A stretch of DNA of 59,215 bases, filler included, from Dimargaris cristalligena (Eukaryota): assembly GCA_003614675.1 (NCBI GenBank). It is 6 parts of 6 records of this genome, joined end to end, with 100 filler letters (N's around TTAATTAATTAA, not from the genome) between each part and the next. Parts side by side here need not be neighbours in the genome. Positions count along the whole stretch, not along the records: positions 19,803 to 29,595 come from ML003231.1; positions 29,696 to 39,479 come from ML003232.1; 4 more parts are not named here. One strand, 5' to 3'. A program made the translations under genes and the position numbers. Positions 22,657 to 34,884 of the stretch are shown one piece after another; position 1 is the first letter of the stretch, and the number at the start of each line of letters is the position of its first letter. The notes under the pieces were generated by a model. The model was not told the DNA's origin and searched no databases. It saw only the letters and a program-made list of their open reading frames with translations.

Positions 22657-24814
22657 CCTCACAGCCAGTGGGAAAATCGAACTTATCTGTTATCGCATAC
22701 TTTACTCCGACGCAACGTCCTATAATAATTTTCCCGCTATTCCTCCAATTACAAATATATATTTTACTAGTGCCTGTCTAATTTTTTGGTGGTGCGGCTA
22801 CTTGTATCTATTCCCATACTCACCTAATTCGGTTTCCAATAAAACTGCTTTATATATATATATATAAGAAATATTTAACCGGTGTTCAAAAATAGTCTCC
22901 CAGTGCTTTCCCACTATTGTCTTTACCTTTCCATCGGCCATATGAGCGAAGGGGTTGCAATATTTAATTTGGAATATACGAAAAAGCCATATAATGATAC
23001 CCTTTGTGTAGCATGTACTCTGCCTTTGGCCCACGGGTGGAAGGTGTCATCATCATCGAAAGTCACTCGATCAAAATCAGCCTGGGTGAAGTAAGGACCG
23101 TTGTCCCAAAAATAAATCGATGGGGGCAAAAGTTGCTGCTTCGTTGTTCTCTATATACATGTTCTTATTATTTTTACGGTGTTTTCTTTGAACCCACGCT
23201 TGGGTGTTGCTGATGGTAAAATAGGACGAGTTCCGTTGGGCTTCTCTGTGTTTCAGGTATATACATGTGTATGGGTGTGTGTAAAAAGCGGCTCATCCAT
23301 GAATTCCCCCACTGGGCAATCTGCCTAATTCGGCAACCGTCGGTTTTTTTTCTGAATGGCCTGATTCATTTCACCATTATATACTTCATCCTGTTCATAT
23401 ACCACTCAGTCCTTCGGGACATCCATTTGCCCTGGATAGTTTAGATTAAATGAACACTCGGCATTTCCTTTCATTAATAAAAAGGGATTGTCGTTAATTA
23501 TCTTATTTTTTCTTTCGTTGATTGCCAACTTGTTTAGTCTAGAATGAGAATGTATGGGCTTTAGGTATGTATGAGAGAGAGAGAGAGAGGGAAAGTGTGT
23601 GTGTGAGGGAACTTACGGAATGCAAGGTTCTAACTGGATTTCCATCGCCCTTTTCTATAACAGAGGGGTTCCCATCGAGACTATACATACTTTCCTCACA
23701 GCCTCGCTAACATAACCCAATGATAAGGTGCTGAGATGATTGGGATTCATATACATGGTATATCGTATAGTCAACTAATCTATAAACCAAAAAAGCCTTT
23801 AATCGAGTTGGTGGTTCTCAATTTACTATTAACCCACCTCTCTTACTAATGTTATTTTACACGTAATTGCTTGTAGTCGACCTAGCCTTCGTTAGTAGAA
23901 CATAAAAAATAGATAGTCACGTTGGCAATAACGAACTCGTTTCCAAGCGTGAATGCTAATGACTAGGAAGTAGAACTCCGGAATCCACAGAACATTAATC
24001 TCAATTAATATACGGTTTAAATGGAATTCTTTTTCGCCTGTTCCAACTCCGCACTCACGTCAAGTAAATGACCTTTCGGAAATGTCACAGACAAGTGAAT
24101 TTCTAGAGCTCAATCATCCATAAGCACCTAGGTCGGGTATCATTGACCCTGGCTCACTTCAATCACCACCTTGAAAACAATTGATATCGCAATCTTATGT
24201 ATATTTAATAGGCAAAGACTATAGACCCTGCCTTTGATTCGGTCCCGATTAATAAACCCAAGTTTAATGGCTTAACCCAATAGTTTGCATCAGCAACAAG
24301 GGTCACATACATTAAAGCACACGAAGATGCCTCTGTGAAGATACGGCCGGAGTTAGCTGCTTGGATCTGGTCAACAATTTCTGGAGAAGCCAAGCTTATT
24401 ATAATGCTCAAGGGAAGGCGCCGAATCGGTCCCCTATGTAAGGTCACAATGTAATTGGATTGGGATTGGTAATTTGATTAATACCCGTTTCACCGGGGCC
24501 TCGTTAAACCGGGACTGCTTGGATTAGCCCCTGTACCAACCTAGAAAATCAAATGTTCGCGTATGAGAGAGATCCGGATGCACACATCGAGGTTCAAACT
24601 TGTGATTAAACCAGGTCATTCCACTCGTAGTAGATTTATTTACATCACAGCTACGGTGGATTTATGTAGACTACGTCGAAAGGATTCTGCACCGTTCACG
24701 AATGAATTTATCAGCCAGGACCAACATTTTTGGCCGCCATTGGGCACACCCACACACCATTATTGGTACCTCATGTTCAAGAAAAGTCGAACCGCCCTGG
24801 CCATCTCCACCGGC

Positions 24815-24821
24815 TATAAAA
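24815..24821 (+). promoter_or_regulatory. TATA box of NmrA-like gene
   Basis: TATAAAA in GC flanks, 175 bp upstream of ATG 24990. Confidence 0.55.
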
Positions 24822-24989
24822 GCCCAGCCAAGTCCTCCCCCGGTGGTTTCCTCAGTCCAACACCAACCATTACATTACCGCTCCAGCCTTGACTTATTTT
24901 TACTACCCCTTGTTCCACTTGTCGAGCACTGTTTGCCAAGTCATTTCTAAATACACGCATCCCCTTCCTTACCCTCGCCCATAATTAAC

Positions 24990-26015
24990 ATGGCCTGCCT
25001 CCGTTCCAACAAAATCACCCTCTGTGTCACCTCCTGCGACCAGTGGATTGGCTTCAGCTTCTGTTACGGGCTGTTGCATGGCAAGGCCCGTGACTGCATC
25101 GAGAAGGTCTACTGCGGTGTGACCGACGAGAACCATGAGTGGGCCAAGATGCTCCGCAAGGAGAACCGCGTGCACCTGTTCAAGTACAGCGAGGACCACA
25201 TGCAGGACATTAGCAAGTACTTTAAGGAGTCTGACGCCGTGATCCTGGGGCCCGTCCACCAGCACCTCTCCCAGTCCGGCGAACCGCACGTCCCCAGACT
25301 GTGGAAGTGTTTCCTGGAGTGCGCCAAGGAAGTCCAGGTGCGGTGTCTGACCATGCTGTCAGTGTTAAATCTCGACAAGGCCGAGGGCCAGCACTTGAAA
25401 ATGCTCTTCCACATGGAGAAGATGTTCAAGGAATGCGTCGAGGGAGGCGGCCACGGCCAGCACCGCGGTCACCAGATGCACGGCCTGGTCCTCCGGATGG
25501 CCCTGCCCATGGAACACCTGTACTTCTTCCAGGACCGTATCCAGGATGAGAGCCAGATTCCCCTACCCCTCAAGGACCATAAGTTTGCCCCCATGGCCAT
25601 GTTCGACCTGGCCACCGGGTACCTGCGTCTGGTGGGTAAGCACATGAAGCAGCACAGCGTATCCCCTGTTGTTGATGAGCAGGATACCTGGCTGTCCAAG
25701 GGTAAGATGCACCTGATCTGCGCTACGGGCCCTGAGAAGGTGACTGGCAAGTGCATTGCCGAGGAGGCCAGCAGTGCCCTGGATACCAAGTTTGAGTTCA
25801 AGCACATTTCCATGGATGAGCTTAAGCACTGCCTCAAGGAGCACGGCTACCTACATGAGGAGGAGATTAGGTGTATTGTGGAGATTTTCGAGCACATCAA
25901 CAAGGGCCACATGGATGAAGTGACCAGGGACCTCGAGAAGATGCTGGGCCACAAACCCACCACAGTCAAGCTGTTCTTCCAGCACTACGAGAAGGACTTC
26001 AAGCCCCAGGACTAG
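24990..26015 (+). CDS. NmrA-like atypical SDR/Rossmann-fold protein, His/Cys-rich
   Basis: Intronless 341-aa ORF with very high GC3. NmrA-type elements: N-terminal strand ITLCVTS...IG, IPLP...FAPMAMFDLA, TGPEKVT...IAE, VTRDLEKMLGHKPTTVKLFF. Confidence 0.75.
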   Translation: MACLRSNKITLCVTSCDQWIGFSFCYGLLHGKARDCIEKVYCGVTDENHEWAKMLRKENRVHLFKYSEDHMQDISKYFKESDAVILGPVHQHLSQSGEPHVPRLWKCFLECAKEVQVRCLTMLSVLNLDKAEGQHLKMLFHMEKMFKECVEGGGHGQHRGHQMHGLVLRMALPMEHLYFFQDRIQDESQIPLPLKDHKFAPMAMFDLATGYLRLVGKHMKQHSVSPVVDEQDTWLSKGKMHLICATGPEKVTGKCIAEEASSALDTKFEFKHISMDELKHCLKEHGYLHEEEIRCIVEIFEHINKGHMDEVTRDLEKMLGHKPTTVKLFFQHYEKDFKPQD

Positions 26016-26452
26016 CTATTTGGAGTACAGTAGTTGTCCAACCCCAGTTATACCAAGTTACGGCCATGTTATGATAAATCCCAAAATACCCTTCAATTTG
26101 CCATCTAGTATCTTTTGCAGGAATTTTATGACCATTTATGCCCCGCTTTATTGCATGTAGTCTTGCTCGACCATTTGTGACCTTCTATGGGTATATAAAT
26201 AACAATAAATTCCCTATGATTCTAATGAGTATATCTGGTTGTGAGTTCACGTTATAAGAGGGGAGTAGATTGAACCCCTACAAGTATGATATTATTGTGC
26301 AAAGTACTCTGGGTGATATTAGGCAATTATGGCCGTTTATGAGTCCCGGTTATTCTTAGCTGGCGTAAGAAAGTCTAGTTACTGTCAAATATATGTGTGT
26401 AGTGAACAGTGCATATTCAAAAAGATCAATCGTGAAGCATCCCCTTTCAATC

Positions 26453-26596
26453 ATATGGGTGAAATTCGGCCCAGCTGTATAAGGTTTTAAATAATAAGCG
26501 TATGGGATAATGTATGGGAGATTTATTTTTAACCAGTAATATTTGCTTCATCTAATGGATTTTTCATTATACAGCTCGGTTGAACCTCTCCCATAT
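26453..26596 (+). mobile_element. 144-bp MITE, copy A
   Basis: Ends ATATGGGTGAAATTCGGCCCAGCTGTATAA and TTATACAGCTCGGTTGAACCTCTCCCATAT form an imperfect TIR. Near-identical to 30624-30767. Confidence 0.85.
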
Positions 26597-28220
26597 TCTG
26601 GCTGTGAATCTGGTGTGTAATTTGGTGTTTGATTATCCACAGTGACCGTTCTATAACTGTTCTCCATGGTTCTTGGCAACATACCCCGCCCTCACGGTTC
26701 ACCCTTATTAAAGCACAAATAGAGGGTTTAACGGGTCCATGGATGTTCATTGCCATTAGATCACCTCCCCTATCATTATCGTTAATAGATGCCGTCGACG
26801 TTTGTTATTTTATTGGCGATTCTTATTTCGCTCAATGGACAAGTCCACGGTCTATAATAGCCGAAAAGTCGTCGTGCACATGTGTAAAGAACACGGCAGA
26901 GATAAATTTTGATAGTAAAAATGGAATAAACTAATAGGGTCGGCTGGTAGGAAGGAATAAAAGAAGGAGAAAGATAGAGAAACAAATTTTCACTAGAAAA
27001 TTTTTCCTTTCTACTTCGGGGAAAGTAATATTTTTACGGAATTTTTTTTCTTTCCCCTCTATTAACATAATGAGTTTTTTAAAACGAATTACAGCTGTTA
27101 CTACTGGCAGCATTGCATACAGCATTCATTCATCCCATTTTACCTTCACTCTAGTCTATTTATAAATGCATAGCTGAGCCATATTACTAAGTCTCTATTC
27201 CCGAATCCTACTACCCCTGCCCATTATATTGGGACAGAGATCCATGAACAACACAAAGAACCCCCTGTCCAATTGTTACACTGCCGCTCTACCGACCATG
27301 CGGCCCCGACTGACTCCATAATAAATTACTCAAATGGGTAGATGGCTATCGGGAACAAAACGAGGGTGTGGAATTGCGCTAGGGGGTCAATGAGCTTATA
27401 CATTGGACCAAGCGGTATACCAATAATAAGGCCATAAAGTGACGCGTGCAGTACTGGTGAGATACCACTAGATTCACCGCCATATATAATAGGAGCATGT
27501 CGGGTGAATTTACCCGTTATTCGTGGAGAGTTGGGATGTTCAACGTAGAAGAATAAGGGCCGAAACTATGTTTGGTTTATGTATCAAGTCAAAAATAACC
27601 TGAATGTAACTCCCATATTACCGGCTGTACGGGTCGGGGCCCTTCTTTCCATGGGAAATAATCTTGCAATGAGAAAAGGGGCGGGAAATATCTGATGTAT
27701 TGATTTACTATCCTATAGGTCTATATACCTCGCAGTGGGTTGTGTTACTAAGTATTTTTTGTTGGAGATGTATTCTAGACAGAATTCGCAAGCTAATAAA
27801 GTATATCAAAACAATAATAAGAGAGAAAAGCCGCAAAGAGATTCAGGAGAACCTCTTCACTTGGTTTTATTGAGTAGCGACTGAATAGTTGATAGTAGAA
27901 TATAGGCGAAGTTAGGTGAGTAAGATAAGTGTGAGCGTGGCCCCAGTTGTGAGATATCCATTCTCTAACATTTTTTTCAGTACGAGATATGCATCTGGTA
28001 TTGAATCTGGATTCATATATCAGTCGCTGCAACAAGGAGATCGAGGAAGTCCCCCTCCTAAGTAATCTACCAGTCCAGGTCCCATGCAGCTGGGCACGGG
28101 AATATGTGTTGTGCGGCTGATAAAGGTGGGAGGAGGTAGGCGCCCATGCGGTGTGGTGGGAGCGTCGTAGCGGCGAAGTAGGGGCCCAATTGTGAGTTAT
28201 TGACCCAAGAAACCCCGAAA

Positions 28221-28364
28221 ATATGGGAGTAGTTCAACAAGGCTGTATAACGAAAAAGCCATTTGATGAGGCAAATACTACTAGTTGAAAATAAACATCC
28301 CACCGATTTTCCCATGCACATATCAATTAAAACCTTATACAGCCAAGCTGAACTTCACCCATAT
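28221..28364 (-). mobile_element. 144-bp MITE, copy B (inverted)
   Basis: Reverse complement closely matches 33069-33212, with the same ATATGGG...CCCATAT ends. Confidence 0.85.
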
Positions 28365-29084
28365 ACTGGTGTTAAAGTCTCTGCCATTGTTGATACTGAA
28401 TCATCGGGAATGCCACGCACCAGCCCGACGACCCACTTGAACAAGTATATGACCAGGTTACCACAGGTGCCTACTCTGCTCTTGACCCCGACTGACCCCG
28501 AGACCACTACAGGGGGTGCTAATCAAGACCAACCCTACGTCTAACAGGGATCTGCTAAACATCCCCCATATAAAAGTGATCGATTGATGTGTCCTAACAT
28601 GGCTCCTCAGATGACTATATTGCTGTCCTCTTACTATCATTGTATATTTAAAAATTAGACTTCGTTCACCTCTCATCATTACTAGCAAAAATTGCTCTTT
28701 AGCAACTAACCTGTCTGCCTATAACCGCCAAAAACAGACGCTACTCGGTATACCGCTTACCGATTTCTTCCACAATGTTTTTATTGTCAATATTTCAGCT
28801 AGTCTGTATTCAACAAACAGTAAAGTGCAAAAATTAGCCATTCATTAACATTACCAACAGGCGTAACAGATAACATATAGGATAAAATTCAAGGCATCAT
28901 AGCCATTTCCAAATCTTTATTTTGACATCAATTTACAATATAACAGGCGTCAATCTCCATCAGGGTGTTATATCAAAAGGGAACTCGGTAAAAAAAATGC
29001 TAGGGCATAGGTGGGAATAACCATTTGGAGAAGAGGTCAGATGGTCAACTAAGGAAAATATATAAAGGTTGGATTATAATCGGA

Positions 29085-29456
29085 CTAAAAAACCGTAGCA
29101 GTTGCCATTATGAAATAGGTTGTATCAAACTTACTCTTTATACGAGGTCCAAATTCGCAAGGCCCAACCTGGCTACTAGGTATAATGGACTGTTTTGCGT
29201 CATTAGATGTGGCACAGCGGTCTTCCTCGGAAGAGGCGCGAGATTTCAAGCCGCGTAATGTGAGATGGCGGTGTGAGGCGAGCTGGCCACGGCGACCTCT
29301 CCGGGGCGATACGGCAACTGGTGACGATGAAAGGTCTAGCTGAAGTACTAAATGGACCAGGTCATCTCCAGTGGGAGCGGCAGCGGTCTTGGAAAATGGA
29401 AGCAGCGTGACGATAATGGCCAGGAGGACCAGATAATTCCGAATTGTGAATCTCAT
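29085..29456 (-). CDS. Putative small secreted protein (123 aa), no recognised family
   Basis: MRFTIRNYLVLLAIIVTLLPFSKTAAAP is signal-peptide-like. The mature part has two Cys and an RR site. Confidence 0.5.
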   Translation of the reverse strand: MRFTIRNYLVLLAIIVTLLPFSKTAAAPTGDDLVHLVLQLDLSSSPVAVSPRRGRRGQLASHRHLTLRGLKSRASSEEDRCATSNDAKQSIIPSSQVGPCEFGPRIKSKFDTTYFIMATATVF

Positions 29457-29505
29457 GAAGAATAGAGGAAATTGGGGGTGAGGGGAACTTTTGCGAATTT
29501 GTAAG

Positions 29506-29595
29506 TGTCGCCCGAGTTAACCACTCTCAGTCCGTCAAGAGTCTCGGGGGTAGGCTTCTAACAGTAGGCGGGGTGTTGGACACGGCCAAGCGGGC
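29506..29595 (+). mobile_element. Terminus of an LTR-like/transposon repeat running into the gap
   Basis: Starts TGTCGCCCGAG and is near-identical to the reverse complement of 29801-29890. Confidence 0.7.
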
Positions 29596-29695
29596 NNNNN
29601 NNNNNNNNNNNNNNNNNNNNNNNNNNNNNNNNNNNNNNNTTAATTAATTAANNNNNNNNNNNNNNNNNNNNNNNNNNNNNNNNNNNNNNNNNNNN
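29596..29695. other. Artificial contig spacer
   Basis: N44-TTAATTAATTAA-N44. Confidence 0.97.
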
Positions 29696-29890
29696 CACCC
29701 CCTAGTACTGACCAGTAAGTGTGCATCTAGTGCACGGACCTCACCTACGTTCTACGCTTGCTTCATTCGGTTAGTCTTGTCACCGCCCCTAACATTAGTA
29801 GCCCGCTTGGCCGTGTCCAACGCCCCACCTACTGTTAGAAGCCTATCCCCGAGACTCTTGACAGACTAAGAGTGGTTAACTCGGGCGACA
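29696..29890 (-). mobile_element. Second copy of the same LTR-like terminus, opposite orientation, truncated by the gap
   Basis: Ends ...CTCGGGCGACA, the reverse complement of TGTCGCCCGAG. About 90 bp align with 29506-29595 with a few substitutions. Confidence 0.7.
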
Positions 29891-30623
29891 CTCATTACAA
29901 TACTTTAAGGAAGTCCCATTGATTAGATTCTCAGTTATAATGATTTTAGAAGAGTAATTTAATGGTGTGTCTTAGCCATCAGCCCTGAGCCTTGTAGATT
30001 ATAGGTACTGGCCTGGATCTTACCAGTGGTAAAGGCAGTCGGTATTAGGCCACTAGAGTCGAAAGGGAAATACTGTTTTTTCATTCTGAGTTCTACGGGA
30101 CTATACACCAGTGATAGGGTATTCAGGAAGAATAAATCATCTGATGATGAACTTGCTTTGATCGACAAGGGCGAGGTGGGGTGGGCCATCTACTAATCCA
30201 CATCCCAATGCAAGTAGCTTCCCATGGGGTGTGGGTTTGACGAATGAACCACTACACCGTCGCCATTGTGAATCGCACCTCGGGTTTAATATCAAATAGG
30301 GCCGGTCATTGGTGTGCAATTTGTTACAGTCACCGTTTCTTTGGGTCTGAGTGTTCTTGAAGCAGTTTACAAAACTGCAAGATTAGCGGGGATTAGAAAG
30401 ACCGACTATTTATGTTTAAACAGTCAATATTGTATTAGGGTGATGATAATATTTCTATTTTATTTAACATAGTCTTTTATTTTTAAGAGCCGCCATTCGA
30501 CCAACACATGTGCTGAACTTTTGGCGTAGTAGCCTATTCATCGCTAGATAATGGCGAATAAGCAATGGCAAATAGGCCAGTATATGAAGTGAATATTGGC
30601 GGATGCGGTCCGTAAATTTACTG

Positions 30624-30767
30624 ATATGGGTGAAGTTCGGCCCAGCTGTATAAGGTTTTAAATGATAACTGTATGGGATAATATATGGGAGATTTATTTT
30701 TAACCAGTCATATTTGCTTCATCCAACGGATTTTTCGTTATACAGCCCGGTTGAACCTCTCCCATAT
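30624..30767 (+). mobile_element. 144-bp MITE, copy C
   Basis: Same length and ends as copy A, with high identity to it. Confidence 0.85.
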
Positions 30768-33068
30768 TCATAGATCCCAGCTATCTCATAAACCCTGTCC
30801 GTCAAATTGACATGTGGTGTATTCCAAAGCCAAAATGATATTGTAATATTAAGGTAACATATATCTGTAGATTGGTATGTAAGTATTGTAGTCGAGTCAC
30901 TTGTGACAGCCGGACAAACGACACTTCGCCCTGCGTCAATTATCGGCTTATAAGTACGTAAAACCTCTTTTAACTGGGATTTCGAGGTGGCCAGCCCTTT
31001 AACCCAACCGACATTGGGGTTCTACTTGAAATGCTGGTTTATCAACTTGATTGTAAAAGCATAGATAAGAAGAATAAACGGTGCTTCACCCCAGAGCACA
31101 TGCTTAATGCTCGATAGTATATTGGATACGGATCAGCTGGCTGGCCATCGGGGCTATTGTGTACCACAAGCCCAGGTTGTATACCAGAAGAGCAGAGGCG
31201 CGCGGGTTTATTTGGCGCCTCCTACCCTTATGGTTTGATTTCTAAACCGAATATGTACATCACCTATGATGGTCATGGCTTGGCCGACCCCGTCCTTCAC
31301 TTTATATTGATGGGAAGGGGGTGTCATGAAGACAAATAATGCGGAGATGGGGAGGGGCCGGATACGGTAAGTCCTATATAGCCTGCTTAGAATCCGGGTA
31401 GGAGAGGCACTGGTTTCCCACGTTGACCGTGTATATTTGTCTAGTCACCCAGGTGGCTGAGGCCCAGTAGTAGGGTCGCTTAGGAAACGGCGATGTGCGG
31501 TACCGTAACCGAAATTGGACCCTCCTATATCTTAAATGGTTGAATCGACGGGCGACGGCCGTAAGAGAGTGTATGCCTAGTCACGCTTGCTTAAGCAATA
31601 AATAAACAGCGTAATTTTAAGCTGAACCGGCTATCTCAGTTTCCTAACTATTACTGGCCTATTTCCAGCGATTCGGCTGCCGAATGCACCAGCTTACCCG
31701 GTTGGTAGGCCGGTGCTGTGTGATGCTGCAGTTAATAATGGTGTATATTTACTGTGGTGATATTCACGAGTTTGTCCATACGGCAGTGACATCATTTGAT
31801 AGGTCTAAAGCCGAAATAAGTCCTGCTTGGCATTCCATGCATTAATAGGCGGGGATGTTCCAGTAGACCTGGTGGGGCTGGCGCAAAAGAAAAATCACAG
31901 TGCAAGACTGAGGGGATCCAGTAGACCTGAAGTATAGCAAAATCATGGGAAGAGAAAGGTGGCAATCCACATTGCAGCCATTATAGGTGATGGAGGGCGG
32001 GCTGTTTTCCGAATCATTCATGGGACAAAAACGGTGGTAAATCTCACATTTCCTCGGTTTTTCCACCCATCCACTGTTACAACAGGAAGTAGGCTTTGGG
32101 TGATGGGGCTAGCCAGCCCCACCCATCCATCCATACACCGAACCTTGTGCCGGATAAATGATTCATCCGATAGACCCGCGAGTAATTAAATTGTATTCGT
32201 GTAGTCCATTCGTGGCTTCCCCTCTCCGTCAATGCTTTCGGTGAAACACCAAGACCACTACTTCCTACCCTATCTAGCGCCCCCCCCAGGCTCCTCTAAG
32301 CGACAAGTTAGCGGCTACCGGATCACATTGGTTTAATTGTTATGGGTATTATGTTCCCCCATTGACACAAATAATAGGGGCTGGGTAGGAGTGAAGGGCA
32401 GAAAATAAGCCTATGGGGCGTGCAGGTTGGATTTCTTTATCGTATATTTAGTAGTCGAGTTGGTCAAGCCTTTTCCTTCCGGCTCACTCTCCTTGGTATG
32501 TGGGAACCCCAGCGTACCTAATTCTATTTTATTTTCCAGCCCGCCAGCGTATGGCGCCAACCGGGTGGTAAGACACGGGATAATATATAGAATCAGTCGC
32601 TCCTGAGTTTGGCTATTGATTGGGCGCCTACCTGCCCTTTGGCCAACATGGGCCATTTAGTCAATAAAGCAGCAGATATGGGGCATTAATGACCGGAGCG
32701 CGCATTGCTAGAAAGCGGCAACTGAATGGAACCCCGTTGGCTTTTGATGGCCTATCTCCAGTATACTATCCGGGGAAGCATATTCGTTTACTGATCATAT
32801 CGGCCGGAGTAGGGTTCGGCAGTGCATTTTGGCTGGTGCTGGGCCATAACCGCTATAATACATCCCAATCCTGGTGCAATAGCCACATGGCAGCGCGACC
32901 AGAGCTTTTAGGCCAGGGGTCCTCTCTAATTGACCATTGCGCGGTATTGGGGCCCCACCACCTTACTACACCCGTTTCTATTATAGGCCATCGTCAACCT
33001 TGGGGGGATGTATATGTGAGGGACGAAGAGTCCAATCGCCGAGAGGGGCAGCCTGGCAATAAAAATGG

Positions 33069-33212
33069 ATATGGGTGAAGTTCAGCTTGGTTGTATAAGG
33101 TTTTAACCAATATGTGTATGGGAAAATTGGTGGGATGGTTATTTTCAACTAGTAGTACTTGCCTCATCAAATGGATTTTTCGTTATACAGCCTTGTTGAA
33201 CTACTCCCATAT
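33069..33212 (+). mobile_element. 144-bp MITE, copy D
   Basis: ATATGGGTGAAGTTCAGCTTGGTTGTATAA...TTATACAGCCTTGTTGAACTACTCCCATAT. Confidence 0.85.
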
Positions 33213-34124
33213 CGAGTCGGGATTAGGGAAGGAAAAGAGGGGCGACAGGTCGATCCATATCGCCAGCTAAGGGACTGTGTGCCTCACGGGCGAGTAGTCG
33301 ACCGAGAGGATACAAAACGACGGCTAATATAATAACGAGGGAAATCGGCTGCTCGTATCAAAAGAAAGCGGGCGAATATAGGACTGGCCAATCCTCAGGT
33401 CAGGGTTTGGCTTGCCAATCACCAGCTGAGTTGGTCGATATTACTTGGCCCCGTCGAAAGTCGCTCACGGGTTGGTTCAGCACAACGAGCTTGCTATCGC
33501 GGGCATCGGTGAGAATGAGCGACGATTGGTCTATTTGGTCCCAAGGAATTCTCTATAGAAACATGGCCGAGTATTGGAGGCCATTGGGTGGCAATGGGAA
33601 ATGTCAATTCTTAGCAATCCCTCTAGAGGTATTTTATTCCATTGCAGTGATTACGGGTGTAATGGTTGTGGCTTTATCTGTGCAGCGTACAATATGGTGT
33701 CAGACCAATCCCCCAGTTAGGCGAGTGACGGGGCATGTGGTGCCGTCGGCAGGGATACGCCCAACGGTTACTCCCTCCGCCTGGCTCGGTATAAGCATGA
33801 TATGGTATACAATGTGATGCATCCCTCCAAGTCCGACTGGTACTGTACACGGCAAGGAAATCATCGCTCCCGCCAAATGGCCATTGGGTGGGCTCTGCAC
33901 GGCGGGACTATCGCCGAGGACGCCGGCGCAGAGTCCCCGCCACCTCTTTCCATTTTTCGTCCCGCCGCCGCCTAGTGACCATCTGGGCCGCATACATTCT
34001 CTATTGCACGCCCTCCTGTCTCTATGCGTATCTCACTCTACCGACCCCTCCACCCACTCTTCGTCCCAAGTGGATCCGCCGCAACTGAACCACTGCCTCG
34101 ACCCCCGAGGGATGGAGTCGCGCG

Positions 34125-34131
34125 TATAAAA
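34125..34131 (+). promoter_or_regulatory. Probable TATA box of the P-type ATPase (5' UTR probably has an intron starting at 34386)
   Basis: TATAAAA in GC-rich context. Consensus donor GTAAGT at 34386, branch-like GCTAAT at 34681, ATG at 34885. Confidence 0.45.
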
Positions 34132-34884
34132 GCTCCCGACCCTGGTGCTCTGGAGGGTCCGTGTATCTAACCCCGTCTTTTCCTGCTGCTTAGTGTGGAC
34201 ATTGGCCCTTTTCTCTATCCCTTCCCTAGCTGTCGTTAGTATCGCGTATCTTGCGAGTCGGCTGACGTTTGGCTACCAGTTCCCCAATACTTTCCTTGGT
34301 AGCAGCCCTCGACTGAGGGTGTGGCTGCGTTGGGTTATTGGCTTTTAACTACTTCATCCCGCCCATCGTCGCAGCCTAGCAACCCGTAAGTCGTCCATTT
34401 CTGCTAAACCGATAATTATGCGGCCATTACCGCACCTATGAATTGGTTCGATGTCTTGCTCCAATTGGTTATCTGCAATAGCTTGAGCTATTCAAGGCCA
34501 TCGGCAGTGCGGTCCATGAGCCGGCTATACACTCGTCTGCACTTCCATCCTCCATCTATTCCGATTTACTACGTCTTTCGAACGATCCCCAATGCATCCA
34601 ACCTCAGACTTACCCTCAGTAAAATCATTATTCGGGCTGGATCGACCGCAACTAACGCCGTATCTCCGTTTATATCATTTGCTAATATGTGAATCCCATG
34701 CATCAACCAAAACTTCTGACTTCACTGCTTCATTAGAATATTTACTCCAGTACTCCAACTAGGCCTGTCATATCACCTTGGCCACACATATATATCTATA
34801 TTCGCCCGTTCGTTTCACATTTTCATCAATATTGTAAGAGTAACCGGCCCTTGCCAAAATTTTACCGCCCCTCCTCCAATCGAG

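Noticed and set aside
29959..33817. Short ORFs in the gene-poor region upstream of the ATPase
   Set aside because: They show no motifs, coding bias or convincing splice structure, and many start at non-ATG codons.
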